Positions 9,391 through 19,239 of a stretch of 42,206 nt of DNA are shown here, one piece after another (positions within the stretch are counted from its first letter, which is position 1; every line of letters starts with the position of its first letter). The position numbers and the translations under genes were made by a program. Source of the DNA: Patescibacteria group bacterium (lineage in GTDB: Bacteria > Patescibacteriota > Minisyncoccia > UBA6257 > HR35). The stretch is from the NCBI GenBank assembly GCA_040290225.1, contig PSMS01000002.1:1-42206 (forward strand), in the 5' to 3' direction. Below the pieces are notes generated by a model. It ran no database searches. It saw only the letters and a list, made by a program, of their open reading frames with translations, and was not told where the DNA came from.

Positions 9391-10731
9391 ATGAAAGATT
9401 TAGAAACAATCATTAATCTTTCAAAAAACAGAGGGTTTGTTTTTCCTTCCCAAGAAATTTATGGTGGTTTAAGAGGAGTTTATGATTATGGTCCTTTGGG
9501 CGTACTTTTGAAAAATAAAATTAAAAGATTGTGGTTAAAAGATGTTGTTTTTAAAAGAGATAATATATTTTTGATAGAATCGAGTATTCTTGGTTTAAGA
9601 AAAACCTACGAAGCTTCTGGTCATATCGAACGTTTTTATGATCTCTTAGTAGAATGTAAAAGTTGTCATCAAAGATTTCGGTTTGATCATCTCTTAGAAG
9701 GAGAATATGGTGAAATTGAATATCAAAATGGTAAAGCTCTTTGTCCTCTCTGCAAAGGAGAATTAACTGAAAGCCGTACTTTTAATTTAATGTTTAAAAC
9801 TTATATTGGTCCGGTTGAAGAATTGGCTAATGAAGCTTATTTAAGACCTGAAACAGCCCAAGGGATGTTTTATAATTTCAAAAATGTTTTAAATTCAATG
9901 AGAACAAAATTGCCCTTTGGTATTGCTCAAATTGGTAAAGCTTTTCGAAATGAAATTACTCCTAAAAACTTTTTATTTAGAATTAGGGAATTTGAGCAAA
10001 TGGAATTAGAATTTTTTGTTTATCCAGAAGAAGCTAATAAATGGTTTGAATATTGGGTTGAAGAAAGATTTAATTGGTATTTAAAATTGGGTTTTAAAAA
10101 AGAAAATTTAAAAAAATATGTTTATCCTAAAGAAGAATTAGCTCATTATTCAGTCAACACTATTGATATTCTTTATAACTATCCTTTTGGTTTTGAAGAA
10201 TTAGAAGGAATTGCTAATCGAACTAATTATGATTTAAAACAACACATGGAGTTTTCCAAAGAAGATTTAACTTATTTTGATGAAAAGAGTAAAGAAAAAA
10301 TTATTCCTTATGTTATTGAACCATCAGTAGGTGTTGATAGATTATTTTTAGCAATTTTATGTGAATTTTATGATGAAGATGAAATTGAAGGAGAAAAAAG
10401 AAGAATTTTTAGATTTCCACCATTTTTAGCACCAATTGATTTAGCTGTTTTTCCTTTATTAACCAATCGTGATAATTTGATTCAAAAAGCAAAAGAGGTT
10501 TATCAATTTTTAAAAAATGAAACTGATTTTATGATTATTTATGATGAAACTGGTTCAATTGGTCGAAGATACCGAAGACAAGATGAAATAGGTACTCCTT
10601 TTTGTTTGACTATTGATTTTCAAACCCTCCAAGACAACACTTTAACAGTTAGAGATAGAGATACAACAAAACAAGAAAGAATAAAAATTGAGGAAATAAA
10701 AGAATATTTAAAAGAAAAATTTAAATTTTAA
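9391..10731 (+). CDS. glyQS: glycine--tRNA ligase (alpha2 GlyQS type)
   Basis: RGFVFPSQEIYGGLRGVYDYGPLG, RPETAQGMF and GKAFRNEITP class II motifs, with a C-terminal anticodon-binding domain. Confidence 0.95.
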   Translation: MKDLETIINLSKNRGFVFPSQEIYGGLRGVYDYGPLGVLLKNKIKRLWLKDVVFKRDNIFLIESSILGLRKTYEASGHIERFYDLLVECKSCHQRFRFDHLLEGEYGEIEYQNGKALCPLCKGELTESRTFNLMFKTYIGPVEELANEAYLRPETAQGMFYNFKNVLNSMRTKLPFGIAQIGKAFRNEITPKNFLFRIREFEQMELEFFVYPEEANKWFEYWVEERFNWYLKLGFKKENLKKYVYPKEELAHYSVNTIDILYNYPFGFEELEGIANRTNYDLKQHMEFSKEDLTYFDEKSKEKIIPYVIEPSVGVDRLFLAILCEFYDEDEIEGEKRRIFRFPPFLAPIDLAVFPLLTNRDNLIQKAKEVYQFLKNETDFMIIYDETGSIGRRYRRQDEIGTPFCLTIDFQTLQDNTLTVRDRDTTKQERIKIEEIKEYLKEKFKF

Positions 10732-10736
10732 ATTTG

Positions 10737-10810
10737 TGGGCGGGAGAGGACTCGAACCTCTAACCTTCGGCACGTCAAGCCGACGCTCTAACCAGTTGAG
10801 CTACCCGCCC
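10737..10810 (-). tRNA. tRNA-Val (anticodon GAC), no encoded CCA
   Basis: Cloverleaf: GGGCGGG/TA/GCTC-AACTGGTTA-GAGC/G/TCGGC-TTGACGT-GCCGA/AGGTT/AGAGG-TTCGAGT-CCTCT/CCCGCCC/A. Confidence 0.9.
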
Positions 10811-11180
10811 CTTTATTAAAATATTCTTTTATTTTATTTACTAAATCATCTAAAGAAACTTTTGCTTTTACTAAATATTCAATAGCTCCAAGTTTTAAAC
10901 CTTTTTCTATATCTTCTGGTTGACCCAACTGAGAAACTATTACAATCGGAACAGTTTTTAAATTTGGATCCTTGATTATTTCTTCTAATAAAGTAAAACC
11001 AGTTTTTTTAGGTAAGATTATATCTAAAATTATTAAATCTGGTAATTCTGTTAATATTTTTTGAAATCCTTCTTCACCATTTAGAGCACTTATTACTTCA
11101 AATCCTTCATTTTTTAATCTTTTCTCTAAAGCTAATCTTAAAAAATTATCGTCTTCAATTATTAAAATTTTTTTCGGCAT
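10788..11180 (-). CDS. stand-alone CheY-like response regulator receiver domain
   Basis: KILIIEDD, phospho-acceptor LIILDIILP, IVIVSQ and YLVKA receiver motifs. The ATG at 11178-11180 is preferred over the track start at 11222, which lies in the rRNA processing stem. The last 23 nt, including the TAG stop, lie inside tRNA-Val. Confidence 0.85.
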   Translation of the reverse strand: MPKKILIIEDDNFLRLALEKRLKNEGFEVISALNGEEGFQKILTELPDLIILDIILPKKTGFTLLEEIIKDPNLKTVPIVIVSQLGQPEDIEKGLKLGAIEYLVKAKVSLDDLVNKIKEYFNKGAGSSTG

Positions 11181-11187
11181 TAAGTTA

Positions 11188-11196
11188 ATTATAACA
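11188..11196 (-). promoter_or_regulatory. putative extended -10 promoter TGTTATAAT, 7 nt upstream of the response-regulator ATG
   Basis: The minus strand reads attTTGTTATAATtaacttaATG, between the 16S processing stem and the ATG. Confidence 0.45.
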
Positions 11197-11199
11197 AAA

Positions 11200-11247
11200 T
11201 AGAATTTTAATTCTCTAGGCATTTTTGGAAATAACCAAGCAGAAGTT
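11200..11247 (-). repeat. 3' arm of the 16S rRNA precursor processing helix (inverted repeat partner of 12803..12849)
   Basis: The reverse complement of 11200..11247 matches 12803..12849, apart from one G-U position and one 1-nt bulge. Confidence 0.85.
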
Positions 11248-11275
11248 CAGCTAAATTAAAGATATAAAGATTTTA

Positions 11276-12802
<1,527 letters not shown>

Positions 12803-12849
12803 AACTTCTGCTTAGTTATTTCCAAAAAGCCTAGAGAATTAAAATTCTA
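12803..12849 (-). repeat. 5' arm of the 16S rRNA precursor processing helix
   Basis: See 11200..11247. It begins immediately 5' of the mature 16S sequence. Confidence 0.85.
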
Positions 12850-12903
12850 ATTTTGATTTTAAGAGAACTTTAAAAACATCAAATTCAACAAAATTCACCT
12901 AAT

Positions 12904-12933
12904 ATTTTAACCTAAAATAAATTTTTTTGTCAA
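12904..12933 (-). promoter_or_regulatory. putative 16S rRNA promoter: TTGACA, 18-nt spacer, TAAAAT
   Basis: The minus strand reads ataatatTTGACAaaaaaatttattttaggtTAAAATatt. It has a perfect -35 (12928..12933) and lies about 50 nt upstream of the processing stem. Confidence 0.5.
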
Positions 12934-12940
12934 TATTATC

Positions 12941-13384
12941 TTATCGCTGAATTGGAGAAGTTGGTGTTGAAGTTGGAGAGGAAGTTGGGGTTGGTCTTGG
13001 GGTTGGAGATGGAAGAACTTGAGATTTCATTTTAATAATATCAACGATTGGAGAGTTATCTTCTAAATAAGTCCAAAAAAGAATTTTAGACTGATTTAAA
13101 AGGATATAATTTTTTGGCTTCCAAACAGCATCACTAAATCTTTGTAATGAAATATTCCCATCATTACCAACATTAACAAAAACAGGTGATTTCAATTTGT
13201 TCCTTGGGAAAAAAGAAATTTCTCCAAAATAAATATTACCATTCTCTAAAACGACCATAGCATATTTTGGTTTTAAAACATTACTAAAAATAAAAACCAA
13301 ACTTAAACCTCCCAAAAAACCTATTAACGACCATAAAAAGAAAGTAAAAAATCTGTTTTGAAGAAATTTTCTTAAAACATTCAT
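12941..13384 (-). CDS. hypothetical single-pass membrane protein with Pro/Thr/Ser-rich C-terminal tail
   Basis: One N-terminal TM (FFTFFLWSLIGFLGGLSLVFIF) and the tail PSPTPRPTPTSSPTSTPTSP. The start overlaps the aspS stop (ATGA). Confidence 0.6.
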   Translation of the reverse strand: MNVLRKFLQNRFFTFFLWSLIGFLGGLSLVFIFSNVLKPKYAMVVLENGNIYFGEISFFPRNKLKSPVFVNVGNDGNISLQRFSDAVWKPKNYILLNQSKILFWTYLEDNSPIVDIIKMKSQVLPSPTPRPTPTSSPTSTPTSPIQR

Positions 13385-14802
13385 TTTTGAATATCTTTTT
13401 TAATTTCGAGACCTAATTCATTTAATTGTTCTTTTGAAATTTCACTTGGAGAATTCATTATTAAATCTCTTCCCTCACCAGTTTTAGGAAAAGCAATCAC
13501 TTCTCTTATATTAGGTTCATCTTCTAAAATCATCATTGTTCTATCAATACCAGGAGCAATTCCGCCATGAGGAGGAACACCATAAGAAAAAGCTTCAATT
13601 AAATGTCCAAATTTTTCAATTATCTCCTCCTTTTTATTTCCCATAACTTCAAAAACTTTAATTAAAACATCTGAATCGGTTGTTCTTATACTTCCACCAC
13701 CAATTTCATAACCATTACAAACAAAATCATATTGTTCGCTCAGTAAAATTTCGGGAGATGTTTCTAAAGCTTTTAGAAGTTCTTCTTTATCTTTTCTTCC
13801 ATCGGGTAATTTAGGTTGAGTAAATGGATGATGAACTGCATCCCATCTTTTTTCTGTCTCTTTCCATTCAAACATTGGAAAATCAATAATAAAAACAAAA
13901 GCAAGCTCATTAGGATTATTTGGATCTTTTCTTAAATCTGGTTTGTCGCTTCCGTAAATTCTAATTGCTTCTTCATAAGAAAGTCTTGGGAATGGTTTGT
14001 AAGTAATTTTTTTATGAGGATAAAGGGTTTCAACCATTTCAGTAAACATTTCTTCAACAAGATTTAAGATGTCATCACGAGTAATAAAACTCATTTCTAT
14101 ATCTAATTGAGTAAATTCTGGTTGACGATCTCCTCTCGGATCTTCATCACGAAGACATCGAGCTATTTGAAAATACCTTTCAAAACCAGCAACCATAAGT
14201 AGTTGTTTGTATTGTTGTGGTGATTGAGGTAAGGCATAAAATTTCCCTTTATAAATTCTACTTGGGACAACAAAATCTCTAGCTCCTTCTGGAGTTGATT
14301 TGGTAAGAAGAGGGGTTTCAATTTCAATAAAACCTCTCAAAGAAAGATAATTTCTAAAAAATGAAATAACTTTTTGACGATGAATTAAATTTTTTTGAAG
14401 TCTTCTTCTTCTCAAATCCAAATATCGATATTTTAATCTCAGGGCTTCATCAATCTCATAACCAGAAGTAGAAATATCAAAAGGTAGGGTTTTAGCCCTA
14501 GAAAGAATTTCCAATTCTTTTAATTCAACTTCAACCTCTCCTGTTTCTAAATCAGTATTAATTGAATGAAATGGTCTTTCTTTAACTATGCCCTTAATTT
14601 TTACAACATATTCAGGCTTAATTTCTTTAGCCAAAGAAAAATATTCATTTTCTTGATTAATAACAATTTGAACAATACCTGATCTATCTCTTAAATCTAA
14701 AAAAACAACCTTACCATGGTCACGAATGTTGTCAACAAATCCGAAAAGTTCAACCTCTTCATTAATTAGGTTTTTACATTCAATATTCCAAATTTTTTTC
14801 AT
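13381..14802 (-). CDS. aspS: aspartate--tRNA ligase, bacterial-type core lacking the GAD insertion domain
   Basis: OB-fold N-domain, FYALPQSPQQYKQLLM, CLRDEDPRGDRQPEFTQLDIEMSF and GGIAPGIDR motifs. The ATG at 14800-14802 (MKKIWNIE) is preferred; the track start at 14838 is TTG. Confidence 0.93.
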   Translation of the reverse strand: MKKIWNIECKNLINEEVELFGFVDNIRDHGKVVFLDLRDRSGIVQIVINQENEYFSLAKEIKPEYVVKIKGIVKERPFHSINTDLETGEVEVELKELEILSRAKTLPFDISTSGYEIDEALRLKYRYLDLRRRRLQKNLIHRQKVISFFRNYLSLRGFIEIETPLLTKSTPEGARDFVVPSRIYKGKFYALPQSPQQYKQLLMVAGFERYFQIARCLRDEDPRGDRQPEFTQLDIEMSFITRDDILNLVEEMFTEMVETLYPHKKITYKPFPRLSYEEAIRIYGSDKPDLRKDPNNPNELAFVFIIDFPMFEWKETEKRWDAVHHPFTQPKLPDGRKDKEELLKALETSPEILLSEQYDFVCNGYEIGGGSIRTTDSDVLIKVFEVMGNKKEEIIEKFGHLIEAFSYGVPPHGGIAPGIDRTMMILEDEPNIREVIAFPKTGEGRDLIMNSPSEISKEQLNELGLEIKKDIQK

Positions 14803-14809
14803 TGAAGAA

Positions 14810-14815
14810 ATTATA
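14810..14815 (-). promoter_or_regulatory. putative -10 box TATAAT, 7 nt upstream of the aspS ATG
   Basis: The minus strand reads agttTTATAATttcttcaATG. Confidence 0.45.
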
Positions 14816-14852
14816 AAACTTATATAAGCAAAAATCAAGAAAAAAATAAAAA

Positions 14853-14861
14853 TGATAAAAT
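14853..14861 (+). promoter_or_regulatory. putative extended -10 (TGATAAAAT), 7 nt upstream of the thiI ATG
   Basis: The sequence aaaaTGATAAAATtaaattgATG lies in the 66-nt aspS/thiI divergent spacer. Confidence 0.45.
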
Positions 14862-14868
14862 TAAATTG

Positions 14869-15987
14869 ATGGATTATTTATTAAAAACAAGCGAAATCAT
14901 TTTGAAAGGTAAAAATAGAAAATTTTTTGAGAAAATCTTAAAAGAAAATATTAAATTTAAACTTGGAAACAATTTAGAATTTATAAAAAATTTAGGAGGA
15001 ACATTTTGGGTTAAAACAAAAATTGAAGCTTTAAATGAACTAAAAAAAATTTTCGGACTTAGCAAAATATTAGAAGTTAAAATTTTTGAAAATTTAGAAG
15101 ATGTTTTCAAAAATTTAGATTTAAAAGATTATCAAGATTATTCTTTAGAAGTTAAAAGAAGCACTAAAGATTATCCTTTAAATTCTCTTCAAATAAAAGA
15201 AAGATTAAAAGATTTTATTAAAAATAAGTTTAATTTAGAAGAAAATAAAAATTCAAAAAATAAAATTTATCTTGAATATCGAAACAAAAAATTTTTTCTA
15301 TCTTTAAAAGAAGAAAATGCTTTTGGAGGTCTTCCTTTAAAAAGTAGTGGTAAAGGGCTTGTTCTTTTATCAGCTGGGTTTGATTCGCCAGTGGCTAGTT
15401 TTCTTTCAATGAAAAGAGGGTTGAAAGTTTATTTTGTCCATTTTCATAGCTATCCCCAAACAAGCATTAATTCAATTGAAAAAGTAAAAGAAATTGTCAA
15501 ATTATTAAATGAATACAATCTTGGTTCGGAGCTTTATTTAATTAATATTTTGGAAATTCAAAAATTTTATTATTTTAATGTTCCTAAAGAATATTTAGTA
15601 ATTTTTTACCGAAGAACAATGTACAGATTGGCTGAAAAATTAAAAAATGAATTAAATTTGGATTGTTTAATAACAGGAGAAAATTTAGGACAAGTAGCTT
15701 CTCAAACAATTCAAAACTTATTTGTTATTGAAAAAGCTATAAATTCTTTAGTTTTAAGACCCCTTATTGGTTTCAACAAACAAGAAATAATAGATTTAGC
15801 TAAAATAATCAAAACAGAAGAAATTTCAAAAAAGCCTTATGAAGATTGTTGCAATTTGTTTCTTCCTAAAAAAGTTAAAACAAAAGCAAATTTAGAGATT
15901 GTTGAAAAAATTGAAAAAAATATAGCAAAAGAACTTTTTAAATTAGAAGAAAAAGCTTATCAAGAAAAAGAAAAATATATTTTTTAA
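14869..15987 (+). CDS. thiI: tRNA 4-thiouridine synthase ThiI-like (THUMP + PP-loop ATPase)
   Basis: PP-loop LLSAGFDSPVA, GENLGQVASQT and an N-terminal THUMP-like region. The ATG is at 14869; the track start at 14866 is TTG. Confidence 0.85.
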   Translation: MDYLLKTSEIILKGKNRKFFEKILKENIKFKLGNNLEFIKNLGGTFWVKTKIEALNELKKIFGLSKILEVKIFENLEDVFKNLDLKDYQDYSLEVKRSTKDYPLNSLQIKERLKDFIKNKFNLEENKNSKNKIYLEYRNKKFFLSLKEENAFGGLPLKSSGKGLVLLSAGFDSPVASFLSMKRGLKVYFVHFHSYPQTSINSIEKVKEIVKLLNEYNLGSELYLINILEIQKFYYFNVPKEYLVIFYRRTMYRLAEKLKNELNLDCLITGENLGQVASQTIQNLFVIEKAINSLVLRPLIGFNKQEIIDLAKIIKTEEISKKPYEDCCNLFLPKKVKTKANLEIVEKIEKNIAKELFKLEEKAYQEKEKYIF

Positions 15988-15989
15988 TT

Positions 15990-15995
15990 TATAAT
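15990..15995 (+). promoter_or_regulatory. putative -10 box TATAAT, 8 nt upstream of the gatA ATG
   Basis: The sequence tttaatTTATAATaaattgtaATG comes directly after the thiI stop. Confidence 0.35.
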
Positions 15996-16003
15996 AAATT
16001 GTA

Positions 16004-17401
16004 ATGGATTTTAGAAATTTATCCGCCTCTCAATTTAAAAATCTTATTTTAAAAAATAATCCAAAAGAAGTTTACGAAAGTTATTTAAGTTGGCTCAAAA
16101 AAGAAGACGAAAACGTAAAAGGTTTTATAACTTTTACAGAAGAATTGGTCTTTCAAACTTTAGAAGATTTAAAAAATAAAAGTAAAGATCTGCCTTTATA
16201 TGGAGTACCGATAGCTATTAAAGATAATATTTTAGTTAAAGGTTTCAAATGCACAGCTGGATCAAAAATTTTAGAAAATTACATTGCTCCTTATGATGCT
16301 ACTGTTATTAAAAAATTAAAAGAAGCTGGAGCGGTTATTGTTGGTAAAACAAATCTCGATGAGTTTGCTATGGGATCTTCAACAGAAAACTCAGCTTTCT
16401 TTCCAACTTATAATCCATTTGACAAAGAAAGGGTTCCTGGTGGTTCTTCAGGAGGATCAGCTGCTCTGGTCGGCGCTGGTTTAGTGCCAATTTCTTTAGG
16501 TTCAGATACAGGAGGGTCTATCAGACAACCTGCGGGTTTTTGCGGAATTTTCGGATTAAAACCAACTTATTCATCTGTTTCCAGATATGGCTTAATAGCT
16601 ATGGCTTCTTCTTTAGATGTTATTGGTCCTTTTGCTCGAGATTTGGAAGATTTAAAAACAGTATTTAGAATTATAAGAGGTAAAGATAAAATGGATAGTA
16701 CAACTCAAGTTTATCAAGAAAAAATCAAAGAAGTTAAAAAAATAGGAGTGATTGAAGAGGTTTTTGGTTTAGGTTTAGATGAACCTACTCGAGCCTCTTT
16801 TGAAAAATTCTTAGATAATTTAAAAAACTATCAAATTAAAAAAATTTCTTTACCATCATTACCTTATGCTCTTTCAGTCTATTATCTTATAATGACAGCT
16901 GAAGTAAGTTCTAATTTAGCTCGTTATGACGGTATTCGTTATGGTTATAGCTTTCCCACTAACGATTTATTAGAAAAATATTTTCAGTCAAGAGAAATTG
17001 GTTTTGGCAAAGAAGTAAAAAGAAGAATTTTATTAGGAACTTTTGTTTTATCTCAGGGCTATTATGAAGCTTATTATAAAAAAGCCTTAAGGGTAAGAAG
17101 ATTCATTTATAATGATTTTCAAAGAGCTTTTAAAGAAGTTGATTTGATTTTAATGCCGACATCACCAACAATACCCTTCAGACTTGGAGAAAAAACAACT
17201 GATCCTCTTTCAATGTATTTGTCAGATATTTTTACTGTTCCTATTAATTTAGCTTATTTACCAGGACTTTCTTTCAATATTGATTTTGTTGAGATTGATA
17301 ACAAAAAATTACCAATAGGTGCTCAGATTGTTAGTAATTTATTCGAAGAAGAGACAATTTTTAAGTTTTTAGAAGAAATTGGTTATACAAAATGCCAGTA
17401 A
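16004..17401 (+). CDS. gatA: Asp-tRNA(Asn)/Glu-tRNA(Gln) amidotransferase subunit A
   Basis: Amidase signature GGSSGGSAALV...GSDTGGSIRQPA. Confidence 0.93.
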   Translation: MDFRNLSASQFKNLILKNNPKEVYESYLSWLKKEDENVKGFITFTEELVFQTLEDLKNKSKDLPLYGVPIAIKDNILVKGFKCTAGSKILENYIAPYDATVIKKLKEAGAVIVGKTNLDEFAMGSSTENSAFFPTYNPFDKERVPGGSSGGSAALVGAGLVPISLGSDTGGSIRQPAGFCGIFGLKPTYSSVSRYGLIAMASSLDVIGPFARDLEDLKTVFRIIRGKDKMDSTTQVYQEKIKEVKKIGVIEEVFGLGLDEPTRASFEKFLDNLKNYQIKKISLPSLPYALSVYYLIMTAEVSSNLARYDGIRYGYSFPTNDLLEKYFQSREIGFGKEVKRRILLGTFVLSQGYYEAYYKKALRVRRFIYNDFQRAFKEVDLILMPTSPTIPFRLGEKTTDPLSMYLSDIFTVPINLAYLPGLSFNIDFVEIDNKKLPIGAQIVSNLFEEETIFKFLEEIGYTKCQ

Positions 17402-17961
17402 TTGATTTGACTATTGGAAAGATTCTAAATTTAATTGAAGAAATTATAGTTCAAACAATAGGAATTAATTTTGAATTATTTAAGTCTCTTATTTTTTTAT
17501 TTTCGATTTTTTATTCTTTAAATTTAATTTTATTTTGGATTTATTTAGAAATGAAAAATAAAGACGAAATAGGGTTTTGGGATTTTCTTTTGAAATCTTA
17601 CAAAAGATTTAAAGATTTGAAAAAAGCTTCTTTTAGTTATCAAAATGTAAAAGAAACTTATTTAAATAATAAGCAAGAAGGATTGTTTAGTCTGAGAGAT
17701 TTTTTTAAATTAGCTTTAGAATCATATGGTTATTCAGGAAATTTAGAAGAAATTTTAAATCAATTAAATGAAAAAATTTTGCCAAATTTAGAAGATGTTA
17801 AAAAAGCAATTAAAGCAATAAATCTTATAGAAAAAAATAAAAATAATAATTTAAGCGATGAAGAAATAGAACTTCTTTACTCAACTATCGAAACAGCTCT
17901 TTATCATTTAAATGTTATTGAGAAAGAAGATTTTCTGGTAAAGATCCCAAAACTACAGTAA
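17392..17961 (+). CDS. hypothetical membrane protein
   Basis: One TM (LIFLFSIFYSLNLILFWIYL) followed by a helical, charged domain. The start overlaps the gatA stop by 10 nt. No family recognised. Confidence 0.5.
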   Translation: MPVIDLTIGKILNLIEEIIVQTIGINFELFKSLIFLFSIFYSLNLILFWIYLEMKNKDEIGFWDFLLKSYKRFKDLKKASFSYQNVKETYLNNKQEGLFSLRDFFKLALESYGYSGNLEEILNQLNEKILPNLEDVKKAIKAINLIEKNKNNNLSDEEIELLYSTIETALYHLNVIEKEDFLVKIPKLQ

Positions 17962-19219
17962 GAGTAATTATTTTTCCTTCTCGCCAAATCTTTAAATTAA
18001 CCCTTTCACCAACTTTCTTTTTTCTTATTATCTGAGATAAACTATTTCTTTCATCAATTTTTTGTCCATCAACTTCTAATATAATATCTCCTTCTTTAAT
18101 CCCTGCCCTTTGAGCTGGTGAGTTATCAATAACAGCTTTATCATTTTTTAATTCAGTGTAAACATAAGCTCCGTAATCATATGGCAAATTAAATTTTTCT
18201 TTAAGCTTTTCATTTAAAATAACATATTTAATTCCTAAAAATGGAATTTCTACCTTTCCCTTAGCTCTAATATCTTCTAACATTCTTTTAGCTCGATTAA
18301 TTGGAATAGCAAAACCTATATTTTGAGCTCCAGAAACAATAGCGGTATTTACTCCAATAACCTCTCCATAAATATTAATTAATGGTCCGCCTGAATTACC
18401 ATAATTAATAGCTGCATCAGCCTGGATCATATCTTCCAATCTTTCAATATTTCCCGAAGAATCTGAAGCGACAATATTTCTTTTTAAACCAGAAATAACA
18501 CCAAAACTAACGGTATTTTGAAATTCACCTAAAGCATTACCAATAGCAATAACAAATTGTCCTATTTTTAAATTATCTGAATTTCCCAATTTTAAAGTTG
18601 GTAAATTATAGGCATCTATTTTAAGAATTGCTAAATCATCAACTGGATGTTTAGCGACAATCTTTGCTTTAAATTTTCTTCCATCATTTAAATAAACAAT
18701 ATATTCAGCTTTTTCGTCACTAACAACATGTTTGTTGGTAATAATATAGCCATCAGAAGAAACAATAAAACCTGTACCACCACCAACTTCTTCTTTTTGA
18801 TAACCTTTTTTTTGGTATTGGGGAATTTGAAATTCAAATTTAAAAAATGGTCTAATTTCTGGAGGGATATCAAATTCTTCAAAAGGATTAGTATAATATC
18901 TTTCAATAATTGGTACGTATTTACTAATAACTATACTAACAACAGCAGGCGAAACTTTATCAACAATTTTAGTAATTTCTCCTTCTAAATAAGGTAAAAA
19001 AATTAATTCTTTTTTAGAAACTTCTAAATATTTATTGAGAAATTGTTGATCCTGATTATTTTGAAAACTTTGAATTGTTTGATTTCGACTAAAAAATTTT
19101 AAAATATTATCTAAAAATTCATTGGTCTGAGAAAAAATAAAAGGCTGAGCAACAATAAATTTAAAACTCAAAAATATTAACAAAAATATTAGAATTGAGA
19201 TCAAAAATATCTTTTTCAT
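17915..19219 (-). CDS. htrA: HtrA/DegP-family serine protease with PDZ domain
   Basis: Trypsin-like triad context (TNKHVV, DLAILKI, GNSGGPLIN) plus a C-terminal PDZ (GIKEGDIILEVDGQKI). Confidence 0.9.
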   Translation of the reverse strand: MKKIFLISILIFLLIFLSFKFIVAQPFIFSQTNEFLDNILKFFSRNQTIQSFQNNQDQQFLNKYLEVSKKELIFLPYLEGEITKIVDKVSPAVVSIVISKYVPIIERYYTNPFEEFDIPPEIRPFFKFEFQIPQYQKKGYQKEEVGGGTGFIVSSDGYIITNKHVVSDEKAEYIVYLNDGRKFKAKIVAKHPVDDLAILKIDAYNLPTLKLGNSDNLKIGQFVIAIGNALGEFQNTVSFGVISGLKRNIVASDSSGNIERLEDMIQADAAINYGNSGGPLINIYGEVIGVNTAIVSGAQNIGFAIPINRAKRMLEDIRAKGKVEIPFLGIKYVILNEKLKEKFNLPYDYGAYVYTELKNDKAVIDNSPAQRAGIKEGDIILEVDGQKIDERNSLSQIIRKKKVGERVNLKIWREGKIITLTVVLGSLPENLLSQ

Positions 19220-19230
19220 TTTCGGTTCAT

Positions 19231-19239
19231 ATTATATCA
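19231..19239 (-). promoter_or_regulatory. putative extended -10 (TGATATAAT), 11 nt upstream of the htrA ATG
   Basis: The minus strand reads ttTGATATAATatgaaccgaaaATG. It overlaps the stop of the upstream desulfurase gene. Confidence 0.35.

Noticed and set aside
11181-11222. N-terminal extensions implied by the ORF-track starts: response regulator 11222, aspS 14838, thiI 14866, clpB 5100, HIT 22314, gatC 27704, pilM 34935, pilin 40181
   Set aside because: Most of these starts are TTG/GTG, or they overlap the rRNA processing stem or another open frame. In each case a nearby ATG gives the canonical conserved N-terminus and sits 6-9 nt after a -10 box.
12944-13020. Repetitive gttgg(a/g)g-type units that look like a short tandem repeat
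   Set aside because: It is the antisense of in-frame Pro/Thr/Ser codons forming the C-terminal low-complexity tail of the 147-aa membrane protein. It is not a non-coding repeat or a CRISPR-like array.
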